A stretch of 64,000 bases of DNA from Ginglymostoma cirratum (taxonomy: Eukaryota): assembly GCA_024137785.1 (NCBI GenBank), contig JAHRHZ010000267.1, positions 21,537,307-21,601,306 on the forward strand, read 5' to 3'. A program made the translations under genes and the position numbers. Each line of letters starts with the position of its first letter. The first letter of the stretch is position 1. This document shows, in pieces, positions 26,136-38,961 of this stretch. The notes under the pieces are model-generated. The model saw only the letters and a program-made list of their open reading frames with translations. It searched no databases and was not told where the DNA came from.

Positions 26136-26896
26136 GATGAAAATAGTTATAATATTTAGAAGGGAACTAGTTGCGATTTTGAGACAAGCATGGTAAGTGA
26201 AATTAATCTTGAGCAAGCAGCTGTGTAAAACTGTTGTTAGGATTATGAAGCAACATTTTTTGTGCAATTAAAATAAGGAAAATGTGGGCTATATCAGGAG
26301 TTAATAAGTGATTCATTTCAGGTACCCATCTTAACCCAGGCATTATCATTGGCTAATCTGTGTCTATCCATTTTTTTGCTGGCTTTGCAACCATGGTTCA
26401 TGGTTTGTTAAATAATACATGTGATTCTCTTTTAAAAAGTCAACCTTTAGTCCCAAACCCAGTGCAGTAGCCTTTGTGATGTTGATTTTCCCTGACAAGA
26501 TTCCATTACAATTGACTGCCCAGCAAGTAAACCTGTAGATCAGGAGCTAGTGAGTTTTTTCACCTTCAGCTAGCCAGTTGTTTCTGTGTTTCCCGTGCCA
26601 TGTTCTCAATTTCCAAAGGGCTAAGTTTGCGTGGTAAGTTGCTTTCTACCTTGCTAGCAGATGGAGCTGTCAAAGGCAGCTCTTCTGTCATCTGCTGATC
26701 CAGCCTTACCCTTTACTATTTGAAAGCAAAAGTAGTCTCCACCAATACCAGCACACATCATGGAAGCATTAAGACCCCCCTCTAAACAGCTCCTGCAATC
26801 ATGAACAAATTTCCGAGCCTCTTGCATGTAGCAATAGACCCCTGGGGACCTCCTCCAAATAATGCAGCACTTGCAGACTGTTTCCGTGCTACATGG

Positions 26897-27049
26897 CTCT
26901 ATGGATAGGTACGTGAATAGGAAAGGTTTAGAACCGCATGGGACAAACTCAGGCCAATGGGACTAGTTTGGTTGGGAAACCTGGTCAGTGTGGACAAGTT
27001 GCACCGAAGGGCCTGTTTCCATGCTGTACGGCTCTATGACTCTGACTCT
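26897..27049 (+). mobile_element. CR1 LINE 3' tail
   Basis: GAAGGGCCTGTTTCCATGCTGTACGGCTCTATGACTCT; homologous to 25990-26135. Confidence 0.9.
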
Positions 27050-29397
27050 GCAAGTTCCAGGGACAACAGAGCTCTCCTACCATGGGTCTTGTGAACAGCT
27101 GCCATTTTGAATGGCTCTACTACTGCTGAAACCTTGCTCATTGTGAACCGACAGGGCAGACCACCTACAGGCTATTCTCATGAATCTGTGCATTATAAAA
27201 TGTTAAAACATCTTTTAGAGATATGTGACTAAAGTACAGTTATTTATTTGTGAGAAATGAGAAAAATTCCATTTATATATCGTCTTTCACACCGTCAGGG
27301 TCTCCTAAGATATGCACAATCAATTAAGTACATCATTGTTATGTGGGAGGTTTATGCTACTCTTTTAAAAAATTATATGTTTTGACAGAGACACATAAAT
27401 ATTAATAGAATATTGTATTCTGTGTCTGTGGTTGGATTGTAGAGGGCAAAAAGTTAAAATGATCACATGGGCTAGGATGATTATACTGTGGGAGAAAAAG
27501 CCATCAGCCTGCAATTTAAAAGAAAACAACTAAATGCAGCGACTTCCGGAGGAACTCCCTATTTTCAAACTTTATTTGAACTCCCTGTTTTGCAATCAAC
27601 CCTGTTCAGTATTTTCACATTGTAATCAGGATTTAATGGGTAACGTTCAAGCTATCAACGATCACTGCAACTCCCCTTTAGTCATGAGTGAGTCATGAGG
27701 CCATTTACAAGTAACATTAAATCTAACAAATGTGACTTAGATTCTTTACACCATGAGAAAATTAATATTTTTCCTCTTGAACTGTAGGCACTTTCAAATT
27801 CTGTTGAGAGAACCAGTTCAAATAGAAGTGGAAATTGTTTTAGGCATTTGGGTTTCAAACAAATGGGAATTGAATCTTGCATTCCAGGAAACTAGGATTG
27901 CCTTACACTGTTTTGAAAAAAAAAATCAGTATAGATTTTTTCTATCCTGAAGTTAAGGTGGTGAGAATAGAATGCAAAACTCACGATATTATGCAGCAGT
28001 CTTCTGCGATTGGCCCATCTAAATATTTCCAAATAGACCCCAGACCAGCTTGCTCTAGTGTGAGAAGTTGGATAGTTGTATCTTCCATCAGCCATTCTAA
28101 GGCTGCAGCCAAAAGTAAAAGTGCTGTAGCCACACTAACATAAGCAGTCACATAAAAAGGCAATAAAAGTCCTACCCAGAGCTTTGTCGGGAGAAGCAGC
28201 TACTAGCCCCAAACTAATGAATGATCATGTAAATATGGGCCTGGAACCACAGCCTGTGAGCAACTGATGGAGTGACACAGATTCTAAACTCCTGTTCCAA
28301 TGGTTGGTCATTCGAAGAGAGAAAAAAAAATGACAATATTGGCATGAACATCTTCAAATGTGTTCATATACTGAACTATTGTAGAACAGCCACCTGCGAG
28401 ACGTACAGTCACTTCCTGACGGACAGGATGTGCTGCACAGTGGACATGTCTGCCAGTATGGAGAAGCTCCTTAGCTTTATTTGTCAAGATCATTTGAAAT
28501 TATAGAACGTTACCCTGTATCCTCAAAAATAAAACCATGCTTTGGCCTTTCTGCCAGTTACTCGTTTCTCTCTACTCCCTTTTGGGAGTAGTTAGAATGA
28601 CTATTACCTCTGTACTTGTCATTCTCTGAGCTTGAGGTTTAACTCTTCAACGTGTAAGGCACTGTTGCATTCCAGCTTCAACCCTACCTCACCCATATCC
28701 CTGTTAAGTTGGTGCTAACTTAAAATCAAAAAGGACATGTTCTGTTACTGTGTTGCTTTTACCTTCTTTACCCACTCTCCAAATTTCAATTCGGTCGACC
28801 AGGTCATCCTTGTCCAATACTTTGACTGGAAGTAGCACTGCATCTCCAGCAACAGCTTCCCTTCTGTTCATGCACCTTGACGTGCAGGGACCCCATAATC
28901 ATTCATGTTTGGTGCCGTCCTTCACCTCATTTACATGCTTCCCATGAGGGAAAGATCTTCTTTCTTAGGTGGGCACTTGTCTCATGCTCTGTCTGCAAAG
29001 GCACCAAGCCACCGACACTCACGCGTAAAAAAGGAAGCTTGTAGAAACTTCAGTCAATCAGGCAGTTGACAGCAAACTGACAGATGAGCTTCCCAACCAA
29101 GGACCCCAGTTACCTGGAGCTGACGGCCAATCAGAGGCCATAATACTCAGCAAGTCACAAAGGAGTCTGTAGCTGTTTCCAGTACAGCCATATCTTTTTA
29201 TCGTCTAATTCAAATATCCATTTCCCTTATTAATACTCAGGCATAGTATGAGTGACTCCTTAGGAATACAAGCATTGCTAAAAGTTATATGTTGGAGGGT
29301 TTGTATTGTCAGGCATTGTTTAATTTTACTACAGCAAGGAGGGGAAAGTAAAATGGTAGGACAGAAACTAATCAAACCAGTCTTCAATAAGCCATTC

Positions 29398-29730
29398 AGA
29401 GATTGTAGGAACGGCCGATGCTGAAGTCTGAGATAACAAGGTGTGGAGCTGGATGAACAGAGCAGGCCCAGGCAGCATCAGAGGAGCAGGAAAGCTGACA
29501 TTTTGGGTCTGGACCCTTCTTCAGAAATAGGGGAGGGTAAGGGGGCTCCGAAATAAATAGAGAGAGGGGGAGGGGCGATAGAAGATGGATAGTGGAGCAG
29601 ATAGGTGGAGAAAAGACGGACAGATCAAGGAGGCGGGGATGAAGCTAGTAAAGGTGATGTAGGTAGGGAGTTGGGATGGGGGTTGGTCAGTGAGGAGGGA
29701 GAGACAGGTAGGTGGAGGGAAGACGGACAG
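29398..29730 (-). mobile_element. Penelope-like terminal repeat with purine-rich extension
   Basis: GGAGCTGGATGAACAGAGCAGGCCCAGGCAGCATCAGAGGAGCAGGAAAGCTGACATTTTGGGTCTGGACCCTTCTTCAGA is the reverse complement of the 58763-58893 family. Confidence 0.88.
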
Positions 29731-29867
29731 CCTTTAATTCTTTCAGCAGGGTTATAAAGACCTAAGATGGCGGGAAAATATCTAGTAACAGAGGGAAAAT
29801 ACCCAAATACTTATAAAATAATTAGATATGGAGATTAGAGGTGCAGATCTTTACATGACTGTTTATT

Positions 29868-30100
29868 GACATTCATGTCATGTACGGTCTGCCCGAAGGA
29901 TGCTGATGCTTCATCCCGAGCCATTTTCCTTCGCAGCTTTTATCAGTGGTGGTTTGCCATTGCCTTCTACTCTCAGGTGCAGGGCAAGGTGACAGGTTCC
30001 AAGTCTATGTCAGCTGGAACAGAAATCGAGTATGTGCTTGTTGACTTTATTTTGAAACACATTCATAATTATCCAGCCGAATTAGCTAACAGATCCCCTC
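29868..30100 (-). mobile_element. tRNA-headed SINE with RTE-type tail
   Basis: Minus head GGGGATCTGTTAGCTAATTCGGCTGGA (like the 8529-8680 head); minus tail AGAAGGCAATGGCAAACCAC. Confidence 0.7.
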
Positions 30101-32454
30101 GTTGATACTGTTATCAGTAACTGATGAGATCTGCATTCATTTTTATTTGTTAAACATACGTTGAATGACAAAACAAAAATCCTTTATGCTTTTTTTGTGC
30201 AATGTAACTGTGCTCAACAGGTTAGCCTGGCTGCAGATTTTCTACCTGACTCACAGCTCATTTTTAGCCACTGGTTGTGGCCTTTGGTAGCCAGTGAATT
30301 TATACTGACCTATTGTTACTAAAACGAATTTTATTATTAATACTAATCAGATAGCATTTTTCAAAAATCATTTGTTACCAGATTAAATCCAATCACAAAG
30401 CTGCCTCATACTTTTGACCTGTTTACTCAACTTCAAATTTTCAAATGTTTATAAAGGTATTAGCAACGGGAGAGCTTGACTAAAGACATTCTTGATTATC
30501 CCTGTGATTATCCACTGCAAGCTCAACATTGAACTGAAGGCTTCCACTTTATTGCAATAAAAGCAAATAAGTAGTAATTATATCACTGGAATAAACTGAT
30601 CTTACAACTGCTGCTTGCAAAGCGGAAAATACTCCACTGTATGCCTCTAAAAATAATTTCAGATTATTTGTGCAATTTGTTCCAACCATCACCAATAAAA
30701 AAACATTGTTAGGATAACAGTCAGCTATGGAAACTTGCAGAAATATCCTTTTCTGCTTATATGGCAAGTAGCAGAATCAATCAACCAACTGTTTTGTGTA
30801 AAGTTGCACACCAGCGTTAATATTTTATGGATTACAAAACCCAGGCAGTAATAAACTGAAAGTAATTTACTAAAATAATAAAGCATGGTATTTTGAATTT
30901 GGAGCACAGCAGAACTGTAAAAAGCTGCTAGTCATCAAGGAATAGCAATGCAGAATCATGTAAAAACTACTGAATAAGACTAAAACTAATGCAGTTAAAG
31001 TAAAAACTACTCAAGGCTGTAGCAGTTTCCTGCCAATCCAGCAAATCCTCAAACAGACACTGTTCAAAGGGCTGCACTGTTTATCACAAGAGAAAATGAT
31101 CTGTAACTGATACTACAATTAATCAAAGCACTAGGGCTAAAGAATACTGGAATATCTAATACTACTCACAATGTACAAGTTAATATAAATTACTGAAAAC
31201 ATTCTTGGTGCCGCAATTCATTTTCCCAGCTGTTTCTTGCAATTAAAAGCTGAAACCTTGAAGATATGTGATTGCCATTCAGCACAAGTGGACCAGACAT
31301 GCAGAACTTGTACATTTCATGCACGGCAATGTAATGTTAATCCCAGTTTTCCGTAATCAATCCTATTTGCACTATGCAACAATATTGTTATATTACAGTG
31401 AATATTGCCTTAATTCAGCATCTCTCCAAGTAAAAGCCAATTCAAAATGAATTTACATTTCATAAGAGCGGCAAATTAGAACTGAATCTAATCTCACTAA
31501 ATCCATCATTTGCCTGACTGCAACACATTGGAAATATGTACATTTCACTACCTTTCACTGATGCAGTAATTAGGCAAGCAAGTTCCATTTGTGAATAATT
31601 ACACAAGTTCTTGTTCCCAGCCTTCAAGATGAGCAGAAAACCAATTGTTAACGCCATTCTTTACTAGAATCTCCCTATAGTGAGCTCATATTCCTGCATA
31701 GTAGTTTGTCCTCTTTCACACTTTGACTGCTACAAAGTGGTAAAGAGAAAAAAGTAAGGCAAAAGATGCACACAACAAATACAAACAAGTGTTTGTAAAA
31801 AAGTTTTCGTTCTCATTTTCAAATTTTTCTCTCCAGTATTTTAACAAACAACGTTTGTCCGTGTACACATTGCGCACACAACTTTTACAGAACCATTTCA
31901 TATTTATTTGCATTGTTATATACACTGGACTAGAACTATAACAGAGTTAAGCTTAAGGTACTTTTGATGACAAGAGATTGAGCCACTCAAATCCCATGCA
32001 TCAGATATGATAAACAGATGAAAATCCACAAGACAGCAGTGGGAGGCAGCTAGCTTAAGGCAGTAGCAGGCATTTTTCTCTATCTGACAACTCGAAAATC
32101 AGACAATTGTTTAATCTCTAAAATCACACATAGTTAATTAGAATGTGCCTTCCACGTAACTGTACAGTAGCTTACACAAAAGTATAATCTTAACAGTGCA
32201 TAGGTGCAGTAGTTTGTTCCAGCTGGTTTAGTCCCATGTAAAACCTTGTCATAAACTATTAAACAACTATCAAATGTAGCAGTAGTTTATCTTATTCCCA
32301 ATCATTAATTGTTCTATACTTGTGATGTGCCACCATTTTCATTGACACTGAACTATTGTTTTTAAATTTGATCTGATTTTTTTAAAAAAAAGCCTAAAAA
32401 TCCGATGATCATTTATTCCAAATTTCTCTGTTCCGCTTTGCAGTTCATTCCAAA

Positions 32455-32830
32455 GTCTATTTCACTCTCTTGACATGGTTCTCATTTGAAGGCATACCAT
32501 TATTTTATCTCCTGATTCTCCAGAGTCTCTCTGGCAACCTACAGTCTCTACTTCTCATTTTCTTTTCTGCCTTATAATCTATTCGTCTTTATTCTGCTCA
32601 TCAGTCCATTCTTAGCCTTATGACTTCTCTCTTCTTCAAACGAGAATATCTTCATTTCTCAGTCTTTCATTTGTTTCCATTCATAGTTTCTTCCTTTCCT
32701 GTCTTCCCTTGAAACATCATTCCCTGACTTTCCCAAGAAGCTGTTGTCCCCTCCACTCTGAAACTGGGGTGCCAGTATTCTGTATAATTGGAAATTTAAT
32801 TTTCTGTTAATTATTCATCTGATGATTTGT
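32455..32830 (+). mobile_element. Ancient L2-like LINE 3' fragment
   Basis: Pyrimidine-rich degenerate block resembling the L2 ORF2 end and 3' UTR; no clean translation. Confidence 0.35.
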
Positions 32831-33372
32831 TCTTCTACAAACCTCTGACTCCGAAGAGACTTAAATCTCATTCACTGTATCTGCTGGAACACTGTACTAT
32901 CAGGCATGTATTTTGTTCAAAATATGTATTCATTTATCTATTTTGCTTTGCAGTATATACATTTTAGTGTTGAATCACTAACTACTCCTTTGACTGAAGT
33001 CATTCTTTTTAATTTTGTAACTGTAAAACCAGATCATGGAAACCTCAAATAAACATAAGTCTGCTGTAACAGATTTTGAACCACCCAATAATACTTTCAA
33101 GCATTAATTTTTGACAAGCATCTCTGACATATGCTTTTATAACTAAATATTTACATACACTGAAATAGTAGAAATATTTTAAAAACATGCAATCTATCAG
33201 TTGGGTCAATCCCATAGTTTGTCATTGTTGCTCAATATTTTCCTGTGGAGATTAAACTGCAAAAAAAATTTTAAGAACAACATGACATGTCAGATAGTGA
33301 GACTTAATCAATATTCTAAACTTCTACCATGTTTTGTTGGTTTGGATCCATGTCATAAACATTGAAGAGATA

Positions 33373-33949
33373 TTGGCCCTGAATTTGCCCACGAGCAATT
33401 GAGTTCAATTATTTTCTTCACATTTCAGTTCCAATTATTTTTGCTCTGCAAATTGCTGGGTGTGCAAGTCATAATGGCACAGTGAGGGGAAACAAGACGT
33501 CTAGAACTTTAGTGAATGATATGACTGAGAGTCTACCTCCTTAACGAATTATGCTTCAGGATAGAAAATGAAAAGAACAAGTGTCAGAAAAGGAAATTAA
33601 TTGTAATTAGGTGTAGTGAAAGAAGTAAAGAAAATTGATTGACATAATAGGTCAATACATTATCCCATTAACTTAGTTCTTATATATTAAAATAGCAGCC
33701 CTATCTACAGTGAATTTGTTCCACACTTATGTTGTCAGATGACCATTTCTTGACACTCATTTGGAGGTTGACAGTAAATGACCAGTTTTTATGACTTAAG
33801 GGTGGCACTGACAGATCAACCTACATAAAGACAATTCACAACTTGACTTGTATCTCCTCCCTGCTACATATTACTGTGTTTTATTTTAACACACCAATAG
33901 CAGTAGCATCATGAATTTGCTGTTACTTTCCCAGGCAGACTTTGGGCTA
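33373..33949. mobile_element. Degenerate MITE-like element
   Basis: Imperfect TIRs TGGCCCTGAATTTGCC and GGCAGACTTTGGGCTA (about 11/16 complementary). Confidence 0.4.
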
Positions 33950-34454
33950 GTGACTTTGTGAATATAATTCACAAAGTAGTGGGTTTGATAGGATACAGGA
34001 TGTCATTGTGTATATGAAAAGAATATTATAATATTGCCAAATTGCAAAACATCTGATGATAACTTGTCATTGACAAACTAACTCCAAGTTACTGTCATTG
34101 AGTATTTATACTTACAAGCTGGGAACTCACCTGTACTGGAATTCAGCTCTTCATTCTCAGACTCTGTGCCATTTTGACTACCATTGCCATGGAGATTATT
34201 CATTGTTGCAAGTTTCAGCTTTTGTAACTTCATTGCTTCAGCCATAGCTGCTGCTGTTAAACCTAGTAAACAATAGATTAAGGTAACATGTCACTACTCA
34301 AAAGACTATTATGCACTTATTGTGGTGTGGAAAATTGTTAAAAACACTGCACAAAACACTACTGAGCAATTAGTATCATCGACAGAACAATTAATAAATG
34401 AAAGACAACCTGAAAGCTATAACACTGAAAGAGCTAATATTCTAACAGAGATAT

Positions 34455-34548
34455 GCCCTTGTGGTGTGGTGGTCATGTCCCTTCCTTAGAGTAGGGAAGC
34501 CCAGGTTCAAATCCCACTGCTCCAGAAGTATGCAACTAACAGGTTAGA
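34455..34548 (+). mobile_element. Short tRNA-derived SINE
   Basis: CTTGTGGTGTGGTGGTCATGTCCCT (A-box region) and CCAGGTTCAAATCCCAC (B box). Confidence 0.85.
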
Positions 34549-34564
34549 ATTTCATTTTCTTTTA

Positions 34565-34752
34565 TTTTCTATTCAACCTGTTCAGAAATGTTGATTTAAA
34601 ATTTTTTTTAAAAATTCTAATAAATGTTATTACGCATCTCTTGAACAGGTGGGACTTGAACCTGGGCTTCAAGATACGCATCTCTTGAACAGGTGGGACT
34701 TGAACCTGGGCTTCAAGAAAGGGACACCATCACTGTGCAGCAAGAACACCCC
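34565..34752 (-). mobile_element. Short tRNA-derived SINE with an internal 44-bp tandem duplication
   Basis: Minus-strand B box GGTTCAAGTCCCAC occurs twice; 34631-34674 is identical to 34675-34718. Confidence 0.88.
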
Positions 34753-35511
34753 CAAAGCTTTCGGTTGATATGTTGCTGTTTTTGTGCACATCAATCCAAA
34801 ACTATGGTTTAGTTCATAATCAGACTAACAACCTAACTTCCAAACACCTACACAATATGTTCATACAGGTTTAAACAAAAGTATAATATTTGCAACTAGA
34901 AAACACAACTTGAAATGGGTGTCTTTATTGACATCTCCATCCACTCTTTCTCTGAAGTCGCATTTAACCATTTTTATTCTGATTGTCAGGAGAAGAGTTG
35001 GGTAGAAAGGGAGGATCTTTCCACTCTGATGTCATGACAAAGGTAAATGCTTTGATGTTGGCTATGATCATTTCCTAGATCAACCATGTTGTGGATGGAG
35101 GGAAGAAATGAAAACAATTTAGGGATTTTTCAAAATAAAATTTTGAAAATGGAATTTAGTACAGTACAACTGGTGAAGATGTTACTTCAAATGAATAAGA
35201 ATCTACTTTGTTCTTACAGATGTTACTTAATATTTGGAGTAAAGACATGGTCCTCATTTCCCTGTTGTGTTTATAGGAATTACACAAGTAGAATTATATG
35301 CCAATACCTGGGGAAATAACTAAATAGAATATAGATAAACTGTTTCCTAATTTTAATGATCATTTTGACGCACTATAAATTAATCACAAGGAATCACTGT
35401 GGTAGATGACAAATAAGATCTGATCCTCTCTTGTAACTTTTTTCTAAAATGAATCCACCAGTTTATAATACAAACATTGTGACACAGCTTCGAAAAACAG
35501 GTAGATGCCAC

Positions 35512-36106
35512 GAGTGGAATTTCATGAGGGCAGTGAAGAGCCCGGTATCTGCTACCAAAACTGGGGGCATCCTCACAACCTGATCTTTTGCTGACCTTTA
35601 GGGGAATGGGTCCCCAAATGGCAGTGAGAACTCTGCCTCCAGAAACGTCATTTCCTTCCAGAACATCTCCCAGGGGAGTGAGAACCCTCTCTCAACAGCA
35701 GCTGGCCAACTTGATGCCAACCAAACTCGGCAGTTCCAACGTCAGAGATCAGTGGCTGGTAGTTCTCTTGAGCCTCCAGTAGGTAAGTAGGAATAGAATG
35801 AAGGGGGATGGGTTCCTTGATTAGGCTCCAAATGCCTTTGAATGAGGAACAACTCCCTCGTACCCAAGGGCAAGGAGTTGTTTGCTGGGCAGTTTTATCC
35901 TACATGATGAATTCCCCACCCACCACTGGTTGAATGCTGGCAGTGGTGGGATGCAGCTCCTTAAAGACCTCAATTGATATCTAGGCAGGGTCCAGCCACA
36001 AACCCCCTGAACCTAATTTAATCAGGGGCAATGGGGAGGCAACAAAGTCTCCAAGCATCGCAGACTCCAAGTTCACCGTAGGGTGACTGCGCACTAAATT
36101 CAACCC
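35512..36106. mobile_element. Harbinger-type MITE (degenerate)
   Basis: Imperfect TIRs GAGTGGAATTTCA and CTAAATTCAACCC (about 9/13); GC-richer body. Confidence 0.5.
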
Positions 36107-36109
36107 CAC

Positions 36110-36208
36110 AATTTATTTCCTTTGTTACAACAGGGACAACTCTAATGACTATAAAGCACTTTGAGATGTCCAGTGCTCATCGAAGTGCTACATAAACACA
36201 AGCCTTTC
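36110..36208 (+). mobile_element. DeuSINE/SacSINE-like 3' tail
   Basis: TTTCCTTTGTTACAACAGGGAC..TATAAAGCACTTTGAGATGTCC..GTGCTACATAAACACAAG; similar minus-strand tails at ~27268-27340 and ~45995-46080. Confidence 0.6.
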
Positions 36209-37333
36209 CTTTTTTTGCTTTGGGATTAAAATGACTCAAAGTCAAAAAGAAGGTTGTTTCAAAAATATTAGTTTTAACTATGCATTCTTTTTCTTCTTTT
36301 TCGTCTTAAGCAGCTATTAAATGTGAAGCCTATTCAAAGTTGGAAACCTTTAAATCAAAATGACAGGTTAATATTCCAGGTGTAGGTTCTTATCAGAAGT
36401 GGAGACATTAACTAATCTTTGCTCCACATGGATGCCGATGCACTTCTTTCAACTTTTCAACATTTGCAGCAATGTCCTTATTCACTGAAATTTTTGAAGT
36501 TAACTATGAATTCAATGTTTTCCAGTTGACAACAGGCCAATTTTACTCGAGTTTTCTTATGTGATAATTTGGCAAACTAACTGCTCATACACCATGAAAA
36601 TGAAAACCAGTTGGTACAGTTTTCCTATCACTTTAGCTCCTACTGGCTTTCAGTTTCTGTAAATTAATATAAACCTTTCTCTAAGCGTATTCAATATTTA
36701 ACAAAATCGTTCACTTGAACGGTGTGTACAATAAATGATTGTTTTTCATTTAATAAATTCTAAACATTAACTTATTAACTAGATTGTTTGGAACTTTTTT
36801 CTGAAAGTTACAAGAGTATTGACATCTCAGCTAATGGATTGCCTATCATACTCAGCTTTATAACAATAAGCAATCTTATAACACAAGGCCCGGGGATTCT
36901 TATATCACGATATTTGTTTTCATTTACTTAATATTGCACTGGAAAATTCTAATAAATATCTAACCCCTTGGGAAAAATGTTGCTCTTGTGTCAGAAATTT
37001 TGCAAACCAACAAAAAGGTCATTATAGTTGCTTTCCATCAGAATTCATCTAATCATTCATTCAATAATCCAATGTAAGCCATAATAGAAGATAACTGGTA
37101 CAAAAGCGGTTTGTACATAAGGGTGATTAGACTTTCTATGTTATTATCTGTAGGTGAAATTTGGCAAACATTGCAATATAGACAAAGTATTGATTTCCCA
37201 TTAGAACACTGATATGATGCTGCTGTATCTGATATTGTACTAATACAGGTGGTTTAACAGTTCTCCTCAGGCCCACTGAGTTAGATGCACATTTGTCCCA
37301 GTCAACATCTGCATCAGAAATCCAATTATCATC

Positions 37334-37548
37334 AAAAGCAATATACTGTTGATGCTGAGGATCTGAAATAAAAATAGAAGATGCTGGAAATACTCAGCAT
37401 GTCTGCCTGCACCTGGAGAGAAAGAGCTAATGTGTCAGGTCAATCAGCAATTCTGATGAAAAGTCATAGACCTGAAACACTAACCCTGTTTCTCCCTTCC
37501 CAGATGCCATCAGACTTGTTGAGTCTTTCTTGCATTCTAAGTTTTTTG
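37334..37548. mobile_element. Fold-back pair of Penelope terminal repeats (older subfamily)
   Basis: GATGCTGGAAATACTCAGCATGTCTG..GGAGAGAAAGAGCTAATGTGTCAGGTC and CTGATGAAAAGTCATAGACCTGAAACACTAACCCTGTTTCTCC..CAGATGCC form inverted arms. Confidence 0.8.
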
Positions 37549-37569
37549 CATCCTACTAGCATCATGACT

Positions 37570-37680
37570 TGGTAAGGGGAGTTGAAATGCCCATCAGCCA
37601 TGATTAAACAGCGGAGTGGACTCGATGGGCCGAATGGCCTTACTTCCACTCCTATGTCTTATGGTCTTATGGTCTTATGA
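37570..37680 (+). mobile_element. CR1 LINE extreme 3' tail
   Basis: GACTCGATGGGCCGAATGGCCTTACTTCCACTCCTATGTCTTATGGTCTTATGGTCTTATG (8-bp terminal repeat). Confidence 0.9.
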
Positions 37681-38039
37681 CTTAGCACACAGTGTGGTCA
37701 AAAATGTTGCAATTCCATTGCTGTGATGGACAAACATATACCACAAGAAAAGGATGGTCTTCTGATGTGAGTAGATTGTGCAATAAGTGTATTGGTAAAC
37801 ACAGCAAACATCAGCAGCAGAAAGCTATGTTGATGACTGCAGCAGTCAAGAGTAACAAAATGGACACTGTTACACATAGTCAGAATATTTGGTACAATAT
37901 TTGGTACAATGATACCTTTACTTTGACTCTGGCCAACAGAGGTGCGATTGGAACTGAGGGTGTTGTTTCTCCTTGGCAAGGTGAGGTCTTGGAGCTTTAA
38001 AATAAAAACATTGGGGTATACCAAGGGAACTAAACTAAG

Positions 38040-38925
38040 ATGCTGGAGGGATCACTGATAAAGGTGGCTGGGAGCAGAGTGGCCATGGCCCCGCAGCAGT
38101 CAGGAAATCCTCAAGCTTCATCTTCACCATGGAATGGGATTAGGTAGTCAACTCCTCACAGGCAGGACCTGAGGACCTGGCAGCAGGGCTACAGAACATC
38201 TCATGATCCAACGCGAGGTGGTCCATGCCAGTGGATGCATCTTCACAGTTCATTTCCAACCCATCACACTGCTCAATGCACCAAACCTCCATCACTCACC
38301 CAGCCATGCACTCTGGCACTCAGGACTGTCAAATAACATCTAAGTACTCCAACCTCATCCTCACATGCCTGCCAGTGCTGTCAGTCTCTTACCCAACTCT
38401 CATTGCCTCCACATACCTTATTCAGTTCTGACTGCTACACAGTACACATAATCACATTCACTCCCTCACCTCACTGGTCAAAGTGATACATAAACACAGG
38501 GAGCACAGCATAACTGGTGGGAGGCAAGGAATCCCGCAGCACCTGAACATTACGACAGAGATAGTTCATGGCTTGAGAAGACGGGCTGTGACAGAGTTCA
38601 TAGCATCTTTTGGTGCTCACAGCGCTAAGGTATGTTCCTGTCTTGTGTTTCTGCACAACAAACAGCGCCTCCTCTTCCTGCTGCTGGTACGATGAACAAA
38701 CTGCTGATGGGGTAATAATGGACCTCATGCTCCCCACCCTAGATAGGTTCTCCCAGACCTAGCTCCCACTTCTAAATTCCTGCTTTCAGACACCCAAGAA
38801 CTGACACTTACAGAACAACAGCAGAAAGAGCAACAGTGCAGTGCTGTCAAAGACACCCCATAAAGTGTCATTCACAACTATTAGCCACTCCTTCTGCCCC
38901 TACTGAAGATAGTCTGGAATTGGCA

Positions 38926-38961
<36 letters not shown>

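Noticed and set aside
34631-34718. CRISPR-like repeat
   Set aside because: Two abutting copies with no spacer, inside a eukaryotic SINE
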